A DNA stretch of 64,000 nucleotides, from NCBI GenBank assembly GCA_947476645.1, contig CANJRM010000007.1, forward strand, positions 686-64,685. The letters are read 5' to 3'. This DNA is from Bacteroidota bacterium. GTDB lineage: Bacteria; Bacteroidota; Bacteroidia; Chitinophagales; LD1. Shown one piece after another: positions 60,748 through 64,000 of this stretch. The first letter of the stretch is position 1; each line of letters begins with the position of its first letter. The translations under genes and the position numbers were made by a program. Under the pieces are notes generated by a model, which was not told where the DNA came from, searched no databases, and worked only from the letters and a program-made list of their open reading frames with translations.

Positions 60748-61647
60748 TTACACCTGCTTCGTAAATTTTCGCGCAATAGTATGATGAAGTTGAAGTCCCG
60801 ATTTTTTATAAAGACCTTTCGAAAGAAAATAAAGCAGATAGAACGGGTTCACCATAAAAATAAACATGGGGTAAAATATGCCTTCAATAAATATGTTCAT
60901 GAAATATAAAATACCGATGTGCATACTGGTAAGCAGCAAACCATAAATAAAAGAGCGCAGTTTGTTTTTCACCGCCAACCAGGCAAACAGTTCTAAAAAA
61001 AGAGTAAAGGCAAAAAGAAGTTTGGCAAAAAACGGATGTGCTAAAAGAACATCCACTTTACTTAAACCTTCATTTAAAAAAGAGATGTCTCCGGTATCGA
61101 AATAACTGAAACCGTAATTTTTTATGATTTGAATAGAAGCTAAAGGGGCATCGGTAATCCAACCTAATCCCGATTCGGTTAATTTAGAAATACCGGCAAG
61201 CATATACCCTGCGGCAATCATTTGAATTGGAAATTGAATCCGTTCTGTTTTATGCGAAGGACTGTTTCTGAAATAAGCAACTGCCTGCACCAGAAAGATG
61301 AGCGTATACAACGTATTTCGATTCAGAATGCCGCTCGACTCTTCTAAAGTGAATACCACCAAGCTCATCAGGCACATGAGCGAGGTAACCACGACCATCT
61401 TTTTTTCCAGTATATACAGTAAGGCAAGCAAAAGGGTGGTAAAGTAAAAACCATAGTAAATATGCCAGGTCACTAAAAAACTACAATCAAAGAGAGAACA
61501 TATACCACTGGGATAGGGTACTGATTCGTGACTAAAGGTAGAAATACCAATAGCACCTACCCAGCACCAGCAGAAGGATATCTTAAGAATAATCCATTCT
61601 GCGTTAGTATACTGCTGGAAAAATTTATGGTCGAATAGCTTTTTCAT
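60748..61647 (-). CDS. HTTM-like membrane protein
   Basis: PYPSGIC, GYMLAGISKL…GLGW, LFLEL, MHIGI. Confidence 0.65.
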   Translation of the reverse strand: MKKLFDHKFFQQYTNAEWIILKISFCWCWVGAIGISTFSHESVPYPSGICSLFDCSFLVTWHIYYGFYFTTLLLALLYILEKKMVVVTSLMCLMSLVVFTLEESSGILNRNTLYTLIFLVQAVAYFRNSPSHKTERIQFPIQMIAAGYMLAGISKLTESGLGWITDAPLASIQIIKNYGFSYFDTGDISFLNEGLSKVDVLLAHPFFAKLLFAFTLFLELFAWLAVKNKLRSFIYGLLLTSMHIGILYFMNIFIEGIFYPMFIFMVNPFYLLYFLSKGLYKKSGLQLHHTIARKFTKQV

Positions 61648-62056
61648 ACATCAAATCATCTCGATATAAAAGTTTTCCGTTTTTCAAATAGTAATATCTT
61701 TTGTAAAGGCATAAACTGTCAAAACTGGAATTTCGAAAGTCTTCATTTCGCAAAAGCATATCGGTTAATTCCCTGCCAGCTTGTTTTAATAGCACCGAAT
61801 CTTCCTTGCCAAAACCAAAGCTATATCCATGATAATGGCAAAAAGCACCAAAAGCATGTGCGGTATACCCGGCATTTTTCCCCGCTGAAAATTTTTTATA
61901 AAACGGCAGGATATCGCCTTGCTCGTTCTTTACAAAAAAAACGTATCCGTAATTGATGAAAGAATTATACATGGGAAACAGGGAAAAGGGATGGAACTCT
62001 TTTCTTATAAGCAGCGAAGAAATAATGTAAAGCAGAAGCAAAATATACGCTTTCAT
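61625..62056 (-). CDS. Small membrane-anchored protein, partner of the HTTM-like gene
   Basis: KEFHPFSLFPMY, KNAGY, GKEDS, YRDDL; tandem paralog of the next gene. Confidence 0.7.
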   Translation of the reverse strand: MKAYILLLLYIISSLLIRKEFHPFSLFPMYNSFINYGYVFFVKNEQGDILPFYKKFSAGKNAGYTAHAFGAFCHYHGYSFGFGKEDSVLLKQAGRELTDMLLRNEDFRNSSFDSLCLYKRYYYLKNGKLLYRDDLMYEKAIRP

Positions 62057-62123
62057 AAAATGTAAAAACCGGCAAGGAATAAAAGAAATCCGAACATTTT
62101 TTTTCTAAAATACAATCTTACCC

Positions 62124-62555
62124 TTACTGCTTCAAGGGCCTTTCGCCAATCAGGTCATCTCTGTAATGTAATTGATTGTTCTCTAAACTGTAAAATCTTT
62201 TATAAAGCCGTAATGTATCGAAATTGAATTTAGCCTGATTTTCATCCTTCAATATCATGGTTATTAATTCATTGCCCGCTTCCTTTAATTGAGCAGAATC
62301 TTCCTTACCAAAACCATATTGATAGTTATGGAAATTAAAAAAAGAAGAATAGGTATGGGTAATGTATCCGGCATTTTTATTCTCCGAAAAATTTTTTCCG
62401 AAGGAAACAATCTCCCCTTTTTCATTTTTTAAATAAAAAACATAAGCCCAGTTTGGAAATGCGCAATACATGGGAAACTTAGAGAAAGGATGAAATTCTT
62501 TCCCAACCCAAAAGGTTAAAATGATATACGAGATAAGTAGTAAATACTTTGTCAT
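62124..62555 (-). CDS. Small membrane-anchored protein, tandem paralog (143 aa)
   Basis: KEFHPFSKFPMY, KNAGY, GKEDS, YRDDL. Confidence 0.7.
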   Translation of the reverse strand: MTKYLLLISYIILTFWVGKEFHPFSKFPMYCAFPNWAYVFYLKNEKGEIVSFGKNFSENKNAGYITHTYSSFFNFHNYQYGFGKEDSAQLKEAGNELITMILKDENQAKFNFDTLRLYKRFYSLENNQLHYRDDLIGERPLKQ

Positions 62556-63120
62556 AATTATTCAAAACTATTTTAAAAGCGCAAGCTTTAAGATGTTAAC
62601 CGAAATCGGAAACAAATAAGGGAATAAACAGAACAAAACAATAAAAAAGAAGTTGCGCTCTTAATTTATGGCGCCCCTGTGGTTCACAATTGGAGAAAAA
62701 TTTATCTGTTTTTTAATCCATTGGGTGGACACATTTGCCTAACAAATGCGACAGTTCAATGTATTTGCAATGCCCGTTTTTATTTTCGCACGCAACGATA
62801 GTTGGGGAATTCTGCCCCTGCATTTATCCATGTAAGAATTATAGCGCATGGGCTTTAAACCAGTTATTTGCTTTTTCCTGTACTGGTTGCATATGTTGCT
62901 CCTAAGTAATTTTTGAAATTGTGGCGTAAGGTTTGTTTGTACCACATGTTTGATGTGTATTCAAACGAATAAATAATGGATAATGACAGGAATTACTTTT
63001 TGCCAGTCTCTTTTTCTCGGTTTCCTTCTATTGCAAAAAATTATTCGCATGGTTTGCAGCAATAATTCTTAATCACCTAATTTAAATGATTAATTTAATT
63101 ATCCCCCTTTGAAAAAAATC

Positions 63121-63152
63121 ATTGACATAAAGGAAATAATGTTTTAAATTTG
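63121..63152 (+). promoter_or_regulatory. Bacteroidota -33/-7 promoter
   Basis: ATTG (63121-63124), 20-nt spacer, TAAATTTG (63145-63152), then ATG at 63176. Confidence 0.55.
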
Positions 63153-63175
63153 TCTCGTTCACTTAAACAGGAAAC

Positions 63176-64000
63176 ATGTTAGCTGCTACTTTTAAAAACC
63201 CGAAATTAGAACTGGAACTGAACGATAGGGGTTTTGTAGTTATTCCTGGGTTCTTACCTAAAGAAGATATTGAGCGGCTTTTGACTTTGTATAAAACAAA
63301 TCATGCCGAACGGCTGATAGGTTGTTGGAACAGTCTTTATGATTTACCCGTGGGTTCAGGCGAAGAAATTTCGGCTCAAATAAGAGCCGTAACCGAGCCG
63401 CATTTAGACAAACTGTTTAACGACTGGCAATTTCCTTCGGCACTTTTTATTGTAAAAAATCCGGGACAGAATCATGAGAGTTTAGTGCACCGCGATGATA
63501 CCATGCATGATGAAAACGAATTACAGTATCGTCAATGTTGGGTGCCGTTGGTTGACTTAACTACTGAAAACGGTGCGTTGTATATGGTACCCAAAAGCCA
63601 CAAGCTTTTTACTGACAGCCGTCCTATGTTTGCCAAATGGCCTTACGAACATTTACGACCACGTTTGGAGCGCGAGTTTCACACCATATATGCTAAGGCA
63701 GGAGATCTGATAGTTTACTTAGACAAAACGTTACACGGGTCTTATAAAAATACAAGTTCAGATACACGTCCTGTTTTCCAGGGAGGTATCATGCATAAGG
63801 ATGCACACCCTTTATATACCCGCTACATAGCCGAGCGCAATGAGGTAGAAATATATGAGGTTGACCCGCAGTTCTTTTTCAATAAAGAATACATGAATCC
63901 GGTGGTGAACCCTAAATACCCTTTGATAAAAGTGGAGAAGTATACCAGCACCGAAATTACCGAAGCAGAACTGGATGAATTTTTTGGTAATCCAGAACAC
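63176..64000 (+). CDS. PhyH-like Fe(II)/2OG dioxygenase, 3' truncated by window edge (absent from ORF track)
   Basis: MLAATFKNPKLELELNDRGFVVIP…VHRDD…CWVPLVD..ENGALYMVPKSH…TLHGSYKN…R; open for 275 codons. Confidence 0.88.
   Translation, partial: MLAATFKNPKLELELNDRGFVVIPGFLPKEDIERLLTLYKTNHAERLIGCWNSLYDLPVGSGEEISAQIRAVTEPHLDKLFNDWQFPSALFIVKNPGQNHESLVHRDDTMHDENELQYRQCWVPLVDLTTENGALYMVPKSHKLFTDSRPMFAKWPYEHLRPRLEREFHTIYAKAGDLIVYLDKTLHGSYKNTSSDTRPVFQGGIMHKDAHPLYTRYIAERNEVEIYEVDPQFFFNKEYMNPVVNPKYPLIKVEKYTSTEITEAELDEFFGNPEH

Noticed and set aside
62556-63175. RiPP precursor peptide in the largest intergenic gap (incl. ORF 62739..62945)
   Set aside because: The short frames show no leader motif, repeated core or paralog. 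No RRE/PqqD or C39 transporter was seen. A precursor outside the window cannot be excluded.
1100-64000. Numerous short antisense or alternate-frame ORFs in the track (e.g. 6831..7403, 12734..13279, 28313..28987, 63812..64000)
   Set aside because: They lie within motif-supported genes and have no recognisable features, so they are treated as shadow ORFs.

Overview
Bacteroidota-type chromosomal window (T9SS C-terminal sorting domain, TAnnTTTG promoters, AT-rich). Most of it is one very large tailoring-enzyme neighbourhood that runs off both ends. It holds 13 Fe(II)/2-oxoglutarate enzyme genes with 14 domains: 9 PhyH-like (one didomain, one missed by the ORF track), 2 AspH/LpxO-like, 1 JmjC and 1 WelO5-like. 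It also holds 4 B12-binding radical SAM enzymes, 4 radical SAM enzymes with an N-terminal twitch/SPASM domain, 6 membrane-anchored SGNH proteins, glycosyltransferases, a UPF0104 flippase-like protein, an orphan Wzt, a UbiA prenyltransferase, a methyltransferase, two HTTM-like modules and a pentaheme cytochrome c. No PKS, NRPS, terpene cyclase or RiPP precursor is visible. The best lead is a WelO5-like carrier-independent halogenase (HCG in place of HxD) with no hapalindole genes around it, plus a JmjC protein with HDG. Together these suggest an undescribed, heavily oxidised, methylated and possibly halogenated membrane lipid or glycoconjugate pathway (inference). Non-coding signals: two inverted copies of a boxA-like motif + 42-bp palindromic array + conserved tail (10.5 kb and 54.7 kb), the second leading a gene frameshifted at a G7 tract next to a stand-alone LuxR-type HTH; and a 99-bp direct repeat bracketing an SGNH gene. 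Family calls come from motifs read by eye and from recalled family knowledge; no searches were run.
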